Origin: a bacterium
GTDB lineage: Bacteria; Desulfobacterota; Binatia; DP-6
Assembly (NCBI GenBank): GCA_026129405.1
Contig: JAHCID010000003.1
Coordinates: forward strand, 59,257-123,256
Direction of reading: 5' to 3'
Length of the DNA: 64,000 nucleotides
Part shown: piece after piece, positions 8,538 through 20,443 of the stretch
Layout: every line of letters begins with the position of its first letter
Numbering within the stretch: the stretch's first letter is position 1
The notes under the pieces: model-generated
Databases searched by the model: none
Told to the model about the DNA's origin: nothing
The model's input: the letters and a program-made list of their open reading frames with translations, nothing else
Made by a program: the position numbers and the translations under genes

Positions 8538-10160
8538 GTGCTGGCGCTCGCCGACTTCGCCGACGGCCTGCTGCGCGGCACCGTGCTGGTGGCGCTCGCC
8601 GTGCTCGTGGGGGCGGTGCCGTGGGGGCTCGTCGTCCTGCGCGCCACGCGCCGGGCACCCGACGATCCGGGCGCGCGTCGCGCCGCCGGGCTCGTCGTCG
8701 GCTTCGCCGTGGTGCTGGCCGCCTGCCAGGCGACGCTCCTCGGCCTCAAGACGGTGGTGCTCACGAGCAACGTCGGGCCGGAGGCGTTCGGCGCGTTCGC
8801 GCACACGCTCCAGTTCCGCGGCGGCGCGGCACGGCTCGTCCTGGCGCTCGCCGTGATCGGGATCGGGCTCTTGCTGCGCGCCGCACCGAACGACGGGCGG
8901 CGTTGGGCGGCGCTCGGGCTCGCCGACCTCGCGCTGCTCGGGGCCGGCGCCGCGCTCGTGCACGCGGCCGGGCGGCTCGAGCATCGCGGCGCGCTCATGG
9001 CGCTCACCGTGCTGCACCAGGCGGCGGGCATCGTCTGGGTCGGTGGACTCGTGCAGCTCGTCGCGCTGGGCCGGCTCGCGCAGCGCGACACCCGCGCGGC
9101 GGCGCTCTGGCCGGACGCGGTGGGCCGCTTCGCCCGGGTGGCGATCGCGGCCGTCGTGCTGGCGACGCTCGCGTCGCTGCCGCTGGTGTGGATCTACGTC
9201 GGCGCGCTCGGCGGCCTCGTCGGCAGCGGCTACGGCTCGCTGGTCGTGGCCAAGCTGGCGCTCATGGGGGCGGCGCTCGCGTTCGGCGCCCGCAACTTCT
9301 TCGCCGGGCGCCGGCGCGACGGCGCCGACGGCCGGCGCACGCCGGCGCTGGTCGAGGCCGAGGCGCTCCTCCTCGTGACGCTCGTCTTCACGGCGGCGGC
9401 GCTCGCCTCGCAGCCGCCGTCGGTCGACACCCCCGAGACCCAGGCGACGCCGGCGGAGCTCGCCGAGGTGTTCCGCCCCAAGTGGCCGACGCTGACCACG
9501 CCGTCGATCGCGACCAAGCGCGCCCAGACCGCGGACCCGCTCGCCGTGGTCGGCAACGAGCGCACGCCCACGGCGTACTCGTGGTCGAATTTCAGCCACA
9601 ACGTCGCCGGCGTGTTCCTGCTCGTGATGAGCCTGCTCGCACTTCTGGGAACGAGCCGATACGCGCGCTGGGCGCGGCACTGGCCGCTCGGCCTCGTCGC
9701 CCTCGCCGTGTTCGTGTTCCTGCGCGCGAGCGCGAGCGACGGCACCTGGCCCTACGGCGACGTCGCCCCCTGGTCCGGCGACGCCGAAGGCCTCCAGCAC
9801 CGCATCGCCGCGCTGCTCGCGCTGCTGCTCGGCCTGCTCGAATGGCGGGCCCGCGCGGCGCGCGATCCCGGCCCGCTGGCGCGGCTCTTCCCGGCGCTGG
9901 CGGCGTTCGGGGGCATCCTCCTCCTCACGCACGCGCACGTCGCCTTCGAGGGGAAGAGCAGCTACCTCGTGCAGGTGACGCACGTCGTGATGGGCGTCCT
10001 CGCCGTGCTGCTCGCCGCCGGACGGTGGCTCGAGCTGCGGCTGCCGGGCCGCGCCGGCCGTATCGCCGGGGCGGCGTCGGGGGTGGCGATGCTGCTCGTC
10101 GCGCTGGTCCTTCTCTTCTACCGGGAAGCAAACGTCGTGGTGGGCCCGCTCCCAAGCTAG
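8538..10160 (+). CDS. CopD-family copper resistance membrane protein with about 230-aa C-terminal polytopic extension
   Basis: GTG start 4 nt after the copC stop. About 8 TM helices typical of CopD, plus 4 further TM helices with THAHVAFEG. Confidence 0.6.
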   Translation: MLALADFADGLLRGTVLVALAVLVGAVPWGLVVLRATRRAPDDPGARRAAGLVVGFAVVLAACQATLLGLKTVVLTSNVGPEAFGAFAHTLQFRGGAARLVLALAVIGIGLLLRAAPNDGRRWAALGLADLALLGAGAALVHAAGRLEHRGALMALTVLHQAAGIVWVGGLVQLVALGRLAQRDTRAAALWPDAVGRFARVAIAAVVLATLASLPLVWIYVGALGGLVGSGYGSLVVAKLALMGAALAFGARNFFAGRRRDGADGRRTPALVEAEALLLVTLVFTAAALASQPPSVDTPETQATPAELAEVFRPKWPTLTTPSIATKRAQTADPLAVVGNERTPTAYSWSNFSHNVAGVFLLVMSLLALLGTSRYARWARHWPLGLVALAVFVFLRASASDGTWPYGDVAPWSGDAEGLQHRIAALLALLLGLLEWRARAARDPGPLARLFPALAAFGGILLLTHAHVAFEGKSSYLVQVTHVVMGVLAVLLAAGRWLELRLPGRAGRIAGAASGVAMLLVALVLLFYREANVVVGPLPS

Positions 10161-10262
10161 GGAACGACACCGAAAGTGTGGCGGCGTGTCCCGTCGCGGT
10201 GCTAAGGGACCGGCGTCCGAGCCGCGGAGGGGACGCCCGCGGGGCGGTCGAGGAGGGACGCA

Positions 10263-11426
10263 ATGATCGGGCTCTGGGTGCGATCGTGCGCGATCGTCGT
10301 CGCAGGCGGGTGGCTCGCGCTGGTGGCCGCCGGGTGCGGGAAGAAGGCGGAGACGGAGCTTCCGCCGCCCGAGGTCCTCGTCACCGAGGTCGGCCAGCGC
10401 CCCGTCTCCGTGTACGGGGAGTGGGTCGGCACGCTCGACGGCTTCATCAACGCGCAGATCCGCGCCAAGGTGCAGGGCTATCTCCTGAAGCGCGAGTACG
10501 ACGAGGGCACGGTCGTGCAGGCCGGGCAGGTGCTCTTCCAGCTCGATCCGCGCCAGTACCAGGCGGCGCTGGCGCAGGCGAAGGGCGACGTCGAGGTGGC
10601 GCAGGCGGTCCTCCTGCGCAGCCAGCAGAACGTCGCTCGCTATCGGCCGCTGGTCGAGAAGGGCGCCGTCAGCCGCAAGGAGCTCGACGACGCCGTGCAG
10701 ACCATGCGCGCCAACATGGCGTCGGTCGACGTCGCCAAGGCGGCCGTCGACGACGCCCGGCTGAACCTCGATTGGGCGACGGTACGCTCGCCGATCACCG
10801 GCATCGCCGGCATCGCGCAGGCCCAGGTGGGCGACCTCATCGCCGCGACCACGCTCATGACCACGGTGTCGCAGGTCGATCCGATCAAGGTCTACTTCCC
10901 GATCAGCGAGCGGGAGTATCTGAGCTTCGCCGAGCGCCCGCAGTACCAGCGTCCCGTCCTCGAGCTCTTCCTCGCCGACGGCAGCACGTACCCGCAGGCC
11001 GGCAAGGTGTCGGCGGTGAATCGCGAGGTGGAGCTGGCGACGGGGAGCATCCAGATCCAGGCGGAGTTCCCGAACCCGCACCACGTCCTCCGCCCCGGCG
11101 GCTACGCCAAGATCCGCGGCGTGGTGAACACGGTGTCCGACGCGGTGCTCGTGCCGCAGCGGGCGGTGCAGGAGGTGCAGGGAAACTTCCAGCTGGTGGT
11201 CGTCGGGGCGGACGACACGGTGCAGATCCGTCCGGTCCAGGTCGGCGAGAAGAGCGGCGACGAGTGGGTGATCACGAGCGGCGTGAAGCCCGGCGAGCGC
11301 GTGGTCGTCGAGGGCCTCCAGCGCATGCGCGACGGGATCGCGGTGGTGCCGAAACCGTGGACGCCCCCGCCGCCGACGGCGGCGAAGCCGGCCGCCACCG
11401 CGGGCACGGCGGCGAGCGGCGAGTAG
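10263..11426 (+). CDS. RND efflux periplasmic adaptor (membrane fusion protein, AcrA/MexA-like lipoprotein)
   Basis: Lipobox LVAAGC, then a coiled-coil hairpin and lipoyl and beta-barrel segments (VRSPITGIAGIAQAQVGDLI). Start of the operon. Confidence 0.85.
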   Translation: MIGLWVRSCAIVVAGGWLALVAAGCGKKAETELPPPEVLVTEVGQRPVSVYGEWVGTLDGFINAQIRAKVQGYLLKREYDEGTVVQAGQVLFQLDPRQYQAALAQAKGDVEVAQAVLLRSQQNVARYRPLVEKGAVSRKELDDAVQTMRANMASVDVAKAAVDDARLNLDWATVRSPITGIAGIAQAQVGDLIAATTLMTTVSQVDPIKVYFPISEREYLSFAERPQYQRPVLELFLADGSTYPQAGKVSAVNREVELATGSIQIQAEFPNPHHVLRPGGYAKIRGVVNTVSDAVLVPQRAVQEVQGNFQLVVVGADDTVQIRPVQVGEKSGDEWVITSGVKPGERVVVEGLQRMRDGIAVVPKPWTPPPPTAAKPAATAGTAASGE

Positions 11427-11441
11427 GCACGCCCGACCCCC

Positions 11442-14400
11442 ATGGCACGCTTCTTCGTCAATCGGCCGATCGTCGCGATCGTCATCGCGATCATCACCGT
11501 CATCATCGGCGTGGTCGCGATGCTGCAGCTGCCGGTGGCGCTGTACCCGAACATCGCGCCGCCCGAGATCCAGGTCACCGCGAACTACGTCGGCGCCGAC
11601 GCCCTGACCGTCGAAGAGTCGGTTGCCACGCCGATCGAGCAGCAGATGAGCGGCGTGGACAACATGATCTACATGTACTCGGTCAACGCCAGCAACGGCC
11701 AGATGCAGCTGCGCGTCGACTTCGACATCACCACCGACGCCAACATCGACCAGGTGCTGACCAACATGCGCTTCCAGCAGGCGCAGTCGTACCTGCCGGC
11801 GGACGTGCGCAACTACGGCGTCACCATCTTGAAGTCGACGTCGAGCCCCCTGGCGCTGTTCTCGGTGTATTCGCCGAACGGCACCTACGACGCGCTCTTC
11901 CTGTCGAACTACGCCTACGTGAACCTGAACGACCCGATGACGCGCGTCTCGGGCGTCGGGCAGGTGCAGATCTTCGGCTCGGGTCAGTACGCGATGCGCT
12001 ACTGGGTGCGCCCCGACCAGCTCGCGAAGCTCAACATCACCACCACCGAGATCATCGGCGCGCTGCAGCAGCAGAACGTCGTGAACCCCGCCGGCCAGAT
12101 CGGCGGCGAGCCGGTGCCGAGCGGGCAGGAGTTCACCTACAACGTCCGCGCCCAGGGGCGGCTCGTCACCGAGGAGCAGTTCGGGGAGATCATCGTCCGC
12201 GCCAATCCGGACGGCTCGGTCGTGCGCATGAAGGACGTCGCGCGCGTCGATCTCGGCGCCCAGATGTACAACATGATCGGGCGCCTCAACGGCAAGCCCG
12301 CCGCGCTGATCGCGATCTACCAGCTGCCCGGCTCGAACGCGATCGACACCATGAACAAGGCGACGGCGCTGATGGAGGGGGCGAAGACCCGCTTCCCGAG
12401 CGACCTCGACTACGTCGTCTCGCTCGACACCACGCTCGCCGTGCGCGAGGGCATCAACGAGATCGTCCACACCCTGGTCGAGGCGGTCGTCCTCGTCATC
12501 GTCGTCGTCTTCGTGTTCCTCCAGGGCTGGCGCGCGACGCTGATCCCGCTGCTCGCGGTGCCGGTGGCGCTGGTCGGGACCTTCGCGCTCTTCCCGCTCT
12601 TCGGCTTCTCGATCAACACCCTGTCGCTCCTGGGGCTCGTGCTCGCCATCGGCCTCGTCGTCGACGACGCGATCGTCGTGGTGGAGGCGGTCGAGCACCA
12701 CATCGAGCACGGTCTCTCGCCCAAGGAAGCGACCCTGAAGGCGATGGACGAGGTGTCGGCGCCGGTCATCGCGATCGCGCTGATCCTGGCGGCGGTGTTC
12801 ATCCCGACGGCGGCCGTGCCGGGGATCACCGGCCGACTCTATCAGCAATTCGCGGTGACGATCGCGGTGTCGGTGGCGCTGTCGGCGTTCAACGCGCTCA
12901 CCCTGAGCCCGGCGCTCTGCGCGATGCTGCTACGCCCGAAGCGGAAGAACAGCGGGCCGCTCGGGCCCTTCTACGCCTGGTTCAACCGCGTCTTCGGCCG
13001 CGCCACCGACGGCTACGTGCGCTGGTCGCACCACCTGATCCAGAAGTCGGGCCGGGCGATGCTCTTCCTCGTGCTGGTGACGGTCCTCACCGTCCTCGTC
13101 GGCTCGCGCCTGCCGGGCGGCTTCGTGCCGGACGAGGACCAGGGCTTCTTCTACATGAACGTGCAGCTGCCGCCGGCGTCATCGCTCCAGCGCACGAACG
13201 CGGTGGCCCAGCAGATCGAGGGCATCCTCGCCAAGACGCCGGGCGTGCAGACGTACAACACCGTCGTCGGGTACAGCCTGCTGTCCCAGGCGTCGACGAC
13301 CTACAACGCCTTCTACTTCGTCACGCTGGCGCCGTGGCACGCGCGCGACGCGGAGGGTCTCACGGCGGCGGTCATCATGCAGCGTCTGAACCGCGAGCTC
13401 GCGGCGCTGCCCGAGGCGATCGCCTTCGCGTTCCCGCCGCCGTCGATCCCCGGCGTCGGCACGGCGGGCGGCGTCACCTTCATGCTCGAGGACCGCGCCG
13501 GCATGAGCGTCGAGTTCCTCGCCGAGCAGACGCAGAAGTTCATGGCCGCGGCGCAGAAGCGGCCCGAGTTCGCGCGCATCACGACCACCTTCATTCCGAG
13601 CACGCCGCAGCTCTACGCCAACGTCGACCGCGACAAGGTGATGAAGCAGGGCGTCGACCTCGGCGCCGTCTACAAGACGCTGCAGACCTTCATGGGCGGC
13701 ACCTTCGTGAACTACTTCAACCGCTTCGGCCGCGTCTGGCAGGTGTACGTGCAGGCCGAGGGGGAATACCGGACGCGGGCGGAGAACGTCGGGCAGTTCT
13801 ACGTCCGCACGATGGACGGCAAGGACGCCGTGCCGATGTCGGCCCTGGTCACGATCGAGCGCACGTTCGGGCCGGAGTTCACGATCCGCTTCAACGGCTT
13901 CCGCGCGGCGATGCTGAACGTGACCGCGGCGCCCGGGGTCAGCTCCGCCGTGGCCATGGCGGCGCTGGAGGAGGTGTTCCGCGACACGATGCCCAACGAG
14001 ATGGGCTTCGACTACTCGGGCATGTCGTTCCAGGAGAAGGCGGCGGCGGAGGGCGTGCCGGCGAGCGTCATCTTCGGCCTCTCGCTGGTGTTCGTGTTCC
14101 TGATCCTCGCGGCCCAGTACGAGAGCTGGACGCTGCCGTTCAGCGTCCTCCTCGGCGTGCCGCTGGCGGTGTTCGGCGCCTTCCTGGCGCTGTGGCTGCG
14201 CGGCCTCGACAACAACGTCTTCGCGCAGATCGGCCTCATCACCCTGATCGGCCTGGCGGCGAAGAACGCCATCCTGATCGTCGAGTTCGCGAAGGACGAG
14301 TACGAGAAGGGCAAGACGCTGATCGACGCGGCGCTGGCGGGCGCGAAGCTGCGCCTGCGGCCGATCCTGATGACCGCCTTCGCGTTCATCTTCGGCGTGC

Positions 14401-14612
14401 TGCCGCTGGCGCGCGCCGCGGGCGCGGGCGCGATCGGGCGGCAGATCCTCGGCACCGCCGTGATCGGCGGCATGCTGATGGCGTCGCTGGTGGCGATCTT
14501 CATCATCCCGGTGTCGTTCTACATCGTCGAGAAGCTCGCGGCCGGGCGGCAGCCCCACGGCGGCCCGGGCGCCGACGGCGGTGCGCCGGCGGCGGGGGAG
14601 GGGCACGCGTGA
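11442..14612 (+). CDS. RND multidrug efflux permease, HAE1 (AcrB/MexB) family
   Basis: 1056 aa. MARFFVNRPIVAIVIAII N-terminus, 12 TM helices with two large periplasmic loops. Canonical AcrB layout. Confidence 0.9.
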   Translation: MARFFVNRPIVAIVIAIITVIIGVVAMLQLPVALYPNIAPPEIQVTANYVGADALTVEESVATPIEQQMSGVDNMIYMYSVNASNGQMQLRVDFDITTDANIDQVLTNMRFQQAQSYLPADVRNYGVTILKSTSSPLALFSVYSPNGTYDALFLSNYAYVNLNDPMTRVSGVGQVQIFGSGQYAMRYWVRPDQLAKLNITTTEIIGALQQQNVVNPAGQIGGEPVPSGQEFTYNVRAQGRLVTEEQFGEIIVRANPDGSVVRMKDVARVDLGAQMYNMIGRLNGKPAALIAIYQLPGSNAIDTMNKATALMEGAKTRFPSDLDYVVSLDTTLAVREGINEIVHTLVEAVVLVIVVVFVFLQGWRATLIPLLAVPVALVGTFALFPLFGFSINTLSLLGLVLAIGLVVDDAIVVVEAVEHHIEHGLSPKEATLKAMDEVSAPVIAIALILAAVFIPTAAVPGITGRLYQQFAVTIAVSVALSAFNALTLSPALCAMLLRPKRKNSGPLGPFYAWFNRVFGRATDGYVRWSHHLIQKSGRAMLFLVLVTVLTVLVGSRLPGGFVPDEDQGFFYMNVQLPPASSLQRTNAVAQQIEGILAKTPGVQTYNTVVGYSLLSQASTTYNAFYFVTLAPWHARDAEGLTAAVIMQRLNRELAALPEAIAFAFPPPSIPGVGTAGGVTFMLEDRAGMSVEFLAEQTQKFMAAAQKRPEFARITTTFIPSTPQLYANVDRDKVMKQGVDLGAVYKTLQTFMGGTFVNYFNRFGRVWQVYVQAEGEYRTRAENVGQFYVRTMDGKDAVPMSALVTIERTFGPEFTIRFNGFRAAMLNVTAAPGVSSAVAMAALEEVFRDTMPNEMGFDYSGMSFQEKAAAEGVPASVIFGLSLVFVFLILAAQYESWTLPFSVLLGVPLAVFGAFLALWLRGLDNNVFAQIGLITLIGLAAKNAILIVEFAKDEYEKGKTLIDAALAGAKLRLRPILMTAFAFIFGVLPLARAAGAGAIGRQILGTAVIGGMLMASLVAIFIIPVSFYIVEKLAAGRQPHGGPGADGGAPAAGEGHA

Positions 14613-16090
14613 GGCGGCGGGCGCTCGTCGTCGCGGCGCTTGCGGCCGCAGTCGCCGGCTGTGCGGTGGGCCCGAGCTATCGGCGTCCGCCGGTGGACGT
14701 CCCTGCCGAGACGCGCGGCGAGCCGGGGCCGCCCGACGCCGCGTCGCTCGCCGACCTGCCCTGGTGGGAGGTCTTCGGCGACCCGGTGCTGCAGGAGCTC
14801 GTGCGCGAGGCGCTGGCGAACAACCACGACCTCAAGGCCGCCGTCGCGCGCGTCGAGCAGGCGCGCCAGCTGGTCGGCGTGGCGCGCGCCGACCTGCTGC
14901 CGCAGATCGGCTATCAGGGCGAGGCCGCGCGCGGCCGCTTCTTCGTGCCCGGCGCCCCCTCGAACGAGACCCTCAACGCCTTCCTCGGCAGCTTCAACCT
15001 GGCCTGGGAGATCGACATCTGGGGCCGCATCCGCCGCGCGACCGAGGCGGCGCGGGCGGAGTACCTCGGCACCGAGGACTTCCGGCGCGGCGTCCTCCTG
15101 ACGCTGGTGAGCGACGTCGCGCAGGCCTACTTCGAGCTGCTGTCGCTCGACCGCGAGCTCGAGATCGCGCGCCTCACCACCGAGGCCTTCGACGCGACCG
15201 TGCAGCTGTTCGAGGATCGCTACGAGGGCGACGTCGGCACGCTGCTCGAGGTGTCGCGCGGCGTGGCCGCCCAGGCGCAGGCCGCGGCGACGATTCCGGC
15301 GATCGAGGCGGAGATCGTCGCCAAGGAGAACCAGATCTGCGTGCTGCTGGGGCGCGTCCCGGGCGACGTCGTGCGCGGCGCGGCGCTCGACGACCAGAGC
15401 CTGGCCCCGTCCGTGCCCGTCGGCCTTCCGGCCCAGCTGCTCGAGCGCCGGCCGGACGTACGCCAGTCGGAGCAGGCGATGGTGGCGGCGAACGCCAACG
15501 TCGGCGTGGCCGTCGGCAACTTCTTTCCGCGCCTCGGCCTCAGCACCCTGTACGGCGGGCAGAGCTCCGAGATCGAGAACCTCGTGAAGGGCGCGGGCAA
15601 CGTCTGGGCCGTCGCCGGCACGCTCGCAGGCCCGATCTTCCAGGGTGGCCGGCTCCTCGCCAGCTACCGCGCGCAGAAGGCCACGTGGGAGGAGAGCGTG
15701 CAGCGCTTCCACCAGACGACGCTGAACGCGTTCGCCGAGGTCTCGAACGCGATGGTCGTCGAGGAGAAGCTGAAGGGCGTCCGCAGCGAGAAGGAGATCC
15801 AGGTGCGGGCGCTCGAGAAGTCGGTGGAGCTGTCGCTCGAGCGCTACAACGAGGGCATCTCGACCTACTACGAGGTGCTGGAGGCGCAGCAGCAGCTCTT
15901 CCCGGCGCAGCTGACCCTGGCGCAGACGATCCGCAACCAGCTGGTCGCGGTGGTGACGCTGTACCGCACGCTCGGCGGCGGCTGGAGCCTGCCGGTCGAG
16001 CAGTGGGATCCGGCGACGCTCCCCGATCCGGCGGCCGCGCCGCTGGACGCCCCCGCGCCGTCGCCGGCGGAGACGCCCGCCGCGCCGTGA
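14609..16090 (+). CDS. RND efflux outer membrane factor lipoprotein (NodT/OprM family)
   Basis: GTG overlaps the permease stop (GTGA). Lipobox AAVAGCAVGPSYRRP. The alpha-barrel repeats are typical of the OMF family. Confidence 0.85.
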   Translation: MRRRALVVAALAAAVAGCAVGPSYRRPPVDVPAETRGEPGPPDAASLADLPWWEVFGDPVLQELVREALANNHDLKAAVARVEQARQLVGVARADLLPQIGYQGEAARGRFFVPGAPSNETLNAFLGSFNLAWEIDIWGRIRRATEAARAEYLGTEDFRRGVLLTLVSDVAQAYFELLSLDRELEIARLTTEAFDATVQLFEDRYEGDVGTLLEVSRGVAAQAQAAATIPAIEAEIVAKENQICVLLGRVPGDVVRGAALDDQSLAPSVPVGLPAQLLERRPDVRQSEQAMVAANANVGVAVGNFFPRLGLSTLYGGQSSEIENLVKGAGNVWAVAGTLAGPIFQGGRLLASYRAQKATWEESVQRFHQTTLNAFAEVSNAMVVEEKLKGVRSEKEIQVRALEKSVELSLERYNEGISTYYEVLEAQQQLFPAQLTLAQTIRNQLVAVVTLYRTLGGGWSLPVEQWDPATLPDPAAAPLDAPAPSPAETPAAP

Positions 16091-16101
16091 GCCGCGGGGC
16101 G

Positions 16102-17991
<1,890 letters not shown>

Positions 17992-18110
17992 GGGACGCCG
18001 AGCTGATGGAGGCGCCTCCTGTTATGCCGCGAGGCGCTCCGGAGTCTATCGCCGGGCGTACCGAGCGCGCGGTCGCGGCGTCGGCCGGCGCGCGATCGGA
18101 GCGGTCCGTC

Positions 18111-19478
18111 TCAGGCGGGGAACGTGCCGAGCACCAGCGCGAGCGCGACGAGCTGCACGGCGCCTCCGCGCCGCCGACGCCACACGGCGCGCGCGCCGAG
18201 TCCGGCAGCCGCCCCCGCGGCGACGAGGAGCAGGGCCCGCAACGCCAGGGCGGCGACCGGCGTGGGCCGGGTCGCGAGCGCCAGGCCCGCGGCCGGGTAC
18301 TCGAGCTGCACGGCGACGAGGCGCGCGGTGCGCCCGCCGAGCTGGTGCGCGATCGCCGTGAGCACGTGATCGAAGGGGGAGCCGACTCCGGCGTCGGCCA
18401 GGTGCGGCGGGTCGTCGTCCGATGGCGCGCTCGACGGCAGCAGCGTGAGATCGTGGCGCGAGCGCACCGGCCGGCGGTCCCGCGTCGTCGTGTCGGTCCA
18501 CGCGGCGAAGGTGCGCGGCCACGCGTCCAGCGTGGCTGCGAGCCGCATCTCGTCGACGCCGTCGGCGAGCGGCACGGCGATGCGCCGCTTCGGCCAGGCG
18601 AAGGCACCCTGGAGGAGTGCGATCGCGACGTCACCGGCAGAGAGCGCCGGGCCTGCGGCCACAGGGTCGCGGGGCGGGGAGAGCGCGAGGGCGGCGGCGG
18701 TGCGCTCGGCCACCTCGGCTCCGGCGCGGCGCTCGACGATGCGCAGGCTGGCGTCGATCGCGGCGGTCACCCCGGCCGACGTCAACAACGGCCCGTCTTC
18801 GACCCAGCGCCGATCGTCGCGCCAGCGCACGGCCGGATGCGCGGCCCGCAGCGCGCCCAGGGCGGCGAAGTGCGACGTCGCCTCGCGGCCGTCGAGGAGC
18901 CCGGTTTCGGCGAGCAGCCGCGCGCCCTCGCAGATCGACACGACGAGCGCGCCGCGCGCCGCCTGGCCCAGCACCCAGTCCCGCAGCACGGGCGACTCGG
19001 GATCGAGCACGTTCGGAATCACCACGACGTCCACGCCCCGCGGGTAGCGCGCGTCGAGCGCGGCGAAGGTGAGCGCGGGGACGATGCCGAGCCCGCCGTT
19101 GGTCGGTGCCGGGTCGGTCGCCGGCGCGACGGCATGGACGGTGAACGCACCCGACGCGGCGAGCACGGCGTACGGAGCGAGGAAGTCGGTGACCTCGGTG
19201 CCGGCCTGGCTGAGGAGGACGGCGGCCACGGGACGGCCGTCGAGCGGTACGGTCTCGGGCGTCGGCGTCGCGACGCTCGCCGGGCTCGGCGCGATCGGCC
19301 GCGGGTGGAGGAGACCCAGGGCGAGAGGCGCCGTCACCGCCAGCCAGGCGGCACCGGTCAGCAGGCTGCCGAGGAGCGCCGCGAGCACGGCTCCGATGCG
19401 CGACGGCGTCCCCACGGCGCGAGGATGGTGGATCGCCGGGCTCGGGAGCAATGCCGTTCGCCGGACGATTGCTGCCAC
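18111..19478 (-). CDS. DJ-1/PfpI (class I glutamine amidotransferase-like) family protein with N-terminal TM and C-terminal extension
   Basis: Nucleophile-elbow region VVSICEGARLLAETGLLDGREATSH and VVVIPNV. N-terminal hydrophobic helix. The roughly 180-aa C-terminal part ends in a hydrophobic segment. Confidence 0.6.
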   Translation of the reverse strand: MAAIVRRTALLPSPAIHHPRAVGTPSRIGAVLAALLGSLLTGAAWLAVTAPLALGLLHPRPIAPSPASVATPTPETVPLDGRPVAAVLLSQAGTEVTDFLAPYAVLAASGAFTVHAVAPATDPAPTNGGLGIVPALTFAALDARYPRGVDVVVIPNVLDPESPVLRDWVLGQAARGALVVSICEGARLLAETGLLDGREATSHFAALGALRAAHPAVRWRDDRRWVEDGPLLTSAGVTAAIDASLRIVERRAGAEVAERTAAALALSPPRDPVAAGPALSAGDVAIALLQGAFAWPKRRIAVPLADGVDEMRLAATLDAWPRTFAAWTDTTTRDRRPVRSRHDLTLLPSSAPSDDDPPHLADAGVGSPFDHVLTAIAHQLGGRTARLVAVQLEYPAAGLALATRPTPVAALALRALLLVAAGAAAGLGARAVWRRRRGGAVQLVALALVLGTFPA

Positions 19479-19637
19479 GGTCGCCCGCGGGCCTGCGTCA
19501 TGGGAGCGCGTGCCTTCCCGCGCCTCGTGCGCACGAACGCTTCACGCGGATCGCGGCGCTTCGGCGCGATGCGGCCCAGCTGATCCGATCCGCAGACCGC
19601 CAGCGCAGCGACGAGCCGGGCGCGGCGCGGGCGGGAA

Positions 19638-19697
19638 GTGCGAAAGGGGGGACTTGAACCCCCACGGGTGTTTAGCCCACAGGATCCTGAATCGGTG
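19638..19697 (-). repeat. 60-bp direct repeat = 3' half of tRNA-Leu(CAG) (island attachment-site copy; lacks the tRNA 5' half)
   Basis: Identical to 23614..23673 (tgcgaaaggggggacttgaacccccacgggtgtttagcccacaggatcctgaatc). The sequence diverges immediately after the anticodon-loop position. Confidence 0.75.
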
Positions 19698-19786
19698 AGA
19701 TGCACCCCCCGCAGCGGTCAAAGCCGCGTCCAGCAACGATTCTGGATTCGGGCGAACCGCTGCGGGGGGCTCAAAACGCTGCTCCC

Positions 19787-19806
19787 AGGGCACGACAGGG
19801 CACGAC
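19787..19806 (+). repeat. tandem GGGCACGACA x2, putative integrase arm-type site (att-distal side)
   Basis: gggcacgaca gggcacgacg lies about 90 bp inside the island from the partial tRNA repeat. The same motif recurs three times at 23492-23540. Confidence 0.4.
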
Positions 19807-19848
19807 GCCGAAGCGCACAGGACGGGGATCCTGTAGCGCGCCCCGGCC

Positions 19849-20088
19849 TCAGGGAAAGGGCTCGGTCTGCATCCTGGCGGCCAGTCGCCAGTGCGCGAGG
19901 AGTCGGGACGTGCTGCCCCGCGCAGAGACCTGAACGTGCTGGCCGCGGCACATCCCATACGCTCTCCACGTGACCTTGCCCGTCTGGACGAGGCGGACCG
20001 CGCACTCCTCGCCGTCTACGTCCACCAACCACTCCGTGCTCGGGTAGCTTCCCATCAGCATCTCCCCTCTCCACGTCCCGTTGACCAC
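19849..20088 (-). CDS. hypothetical small protein (79 aa) inside the island
   Basis: ORF with protein-like composition (MGSYPSTEWLVDVDGEECAVRLVQTGKVTWRAYG). No recognisable family. Confidence 0.25.
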   Translation of the reverse strand: MVNGTWRGEMLMGSYPSTEWLVDVDGEECAVRLVQTGKVTWRAYGMCRGQHVQVSARGSTSRLLAHWRLAARMQTEPFP

Positions 20089-20443
20089 GCGCTACCGGCG
20101 TTCGCGCTGGTCGTCCACCTCCGAGCGATCAACCGGCGCCAGGCGGACCCGCCAACGAAACCGACCTCACAGGAGGCCGACGCTGGACCAGTTCGGCGCT
20201 GGCCGGGGCGCACGCGATGCCCTGACCGGGCGGGTTGCGCTTCGACGCGATCCGCCGCCCCTTCTCCGGCCTGAGCTGTCCTGTCTTCGGCGTGTGCTGG
20301 AACCCGCAGGAGCCCCGGCGCGATGCCGCCCGCCGTGTCCGTCGCCTTCCTCGAAGATCGGCGGGTGCTCTACGCCCCGGAGCAAATGGAGGTCGCCCCT
20401 TGACGATCTGTCGATCGTGGCTAGTTTTAACTGCCGCCGCCGG

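Noticed and set aside
10160-10263. Sigma-54 promoter upstream of the RND operon (tggcggcgtgtcccgtcgc)
   Set aside because: GG and GC dinucleotides are not at the required 10-nt spacing. No convincing -24/-12 element.
8085-12848. 1587-aa minus-strand ORF antisense to copD and acrA/acrB
   Set aside because: Antisense to strongly supported genes. Composition is dominated by R/D/E/H runs with no domain signatures.
7856-16090. 2744-aa plus-strand ORF spanning the cop and RND operons
   Set aside because: Artefact of stop-codon paucity in about 70% GC DNA. Only its last 494 codons (14609..16090, the OprM-like gene) are genuinely coding in that frame. The remainder is Arg/Ala/Pro-rich, low-complexity translation of other genes' alternate frames.
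19638-19697. Second tRNA-Leu gene
   Set aside because: Only the 3' 60 nt are present. The sequence 5' of the anticodon loop does not form the D-arm or acceptor 5' strand, so this is an att repeat, not a tRNA.
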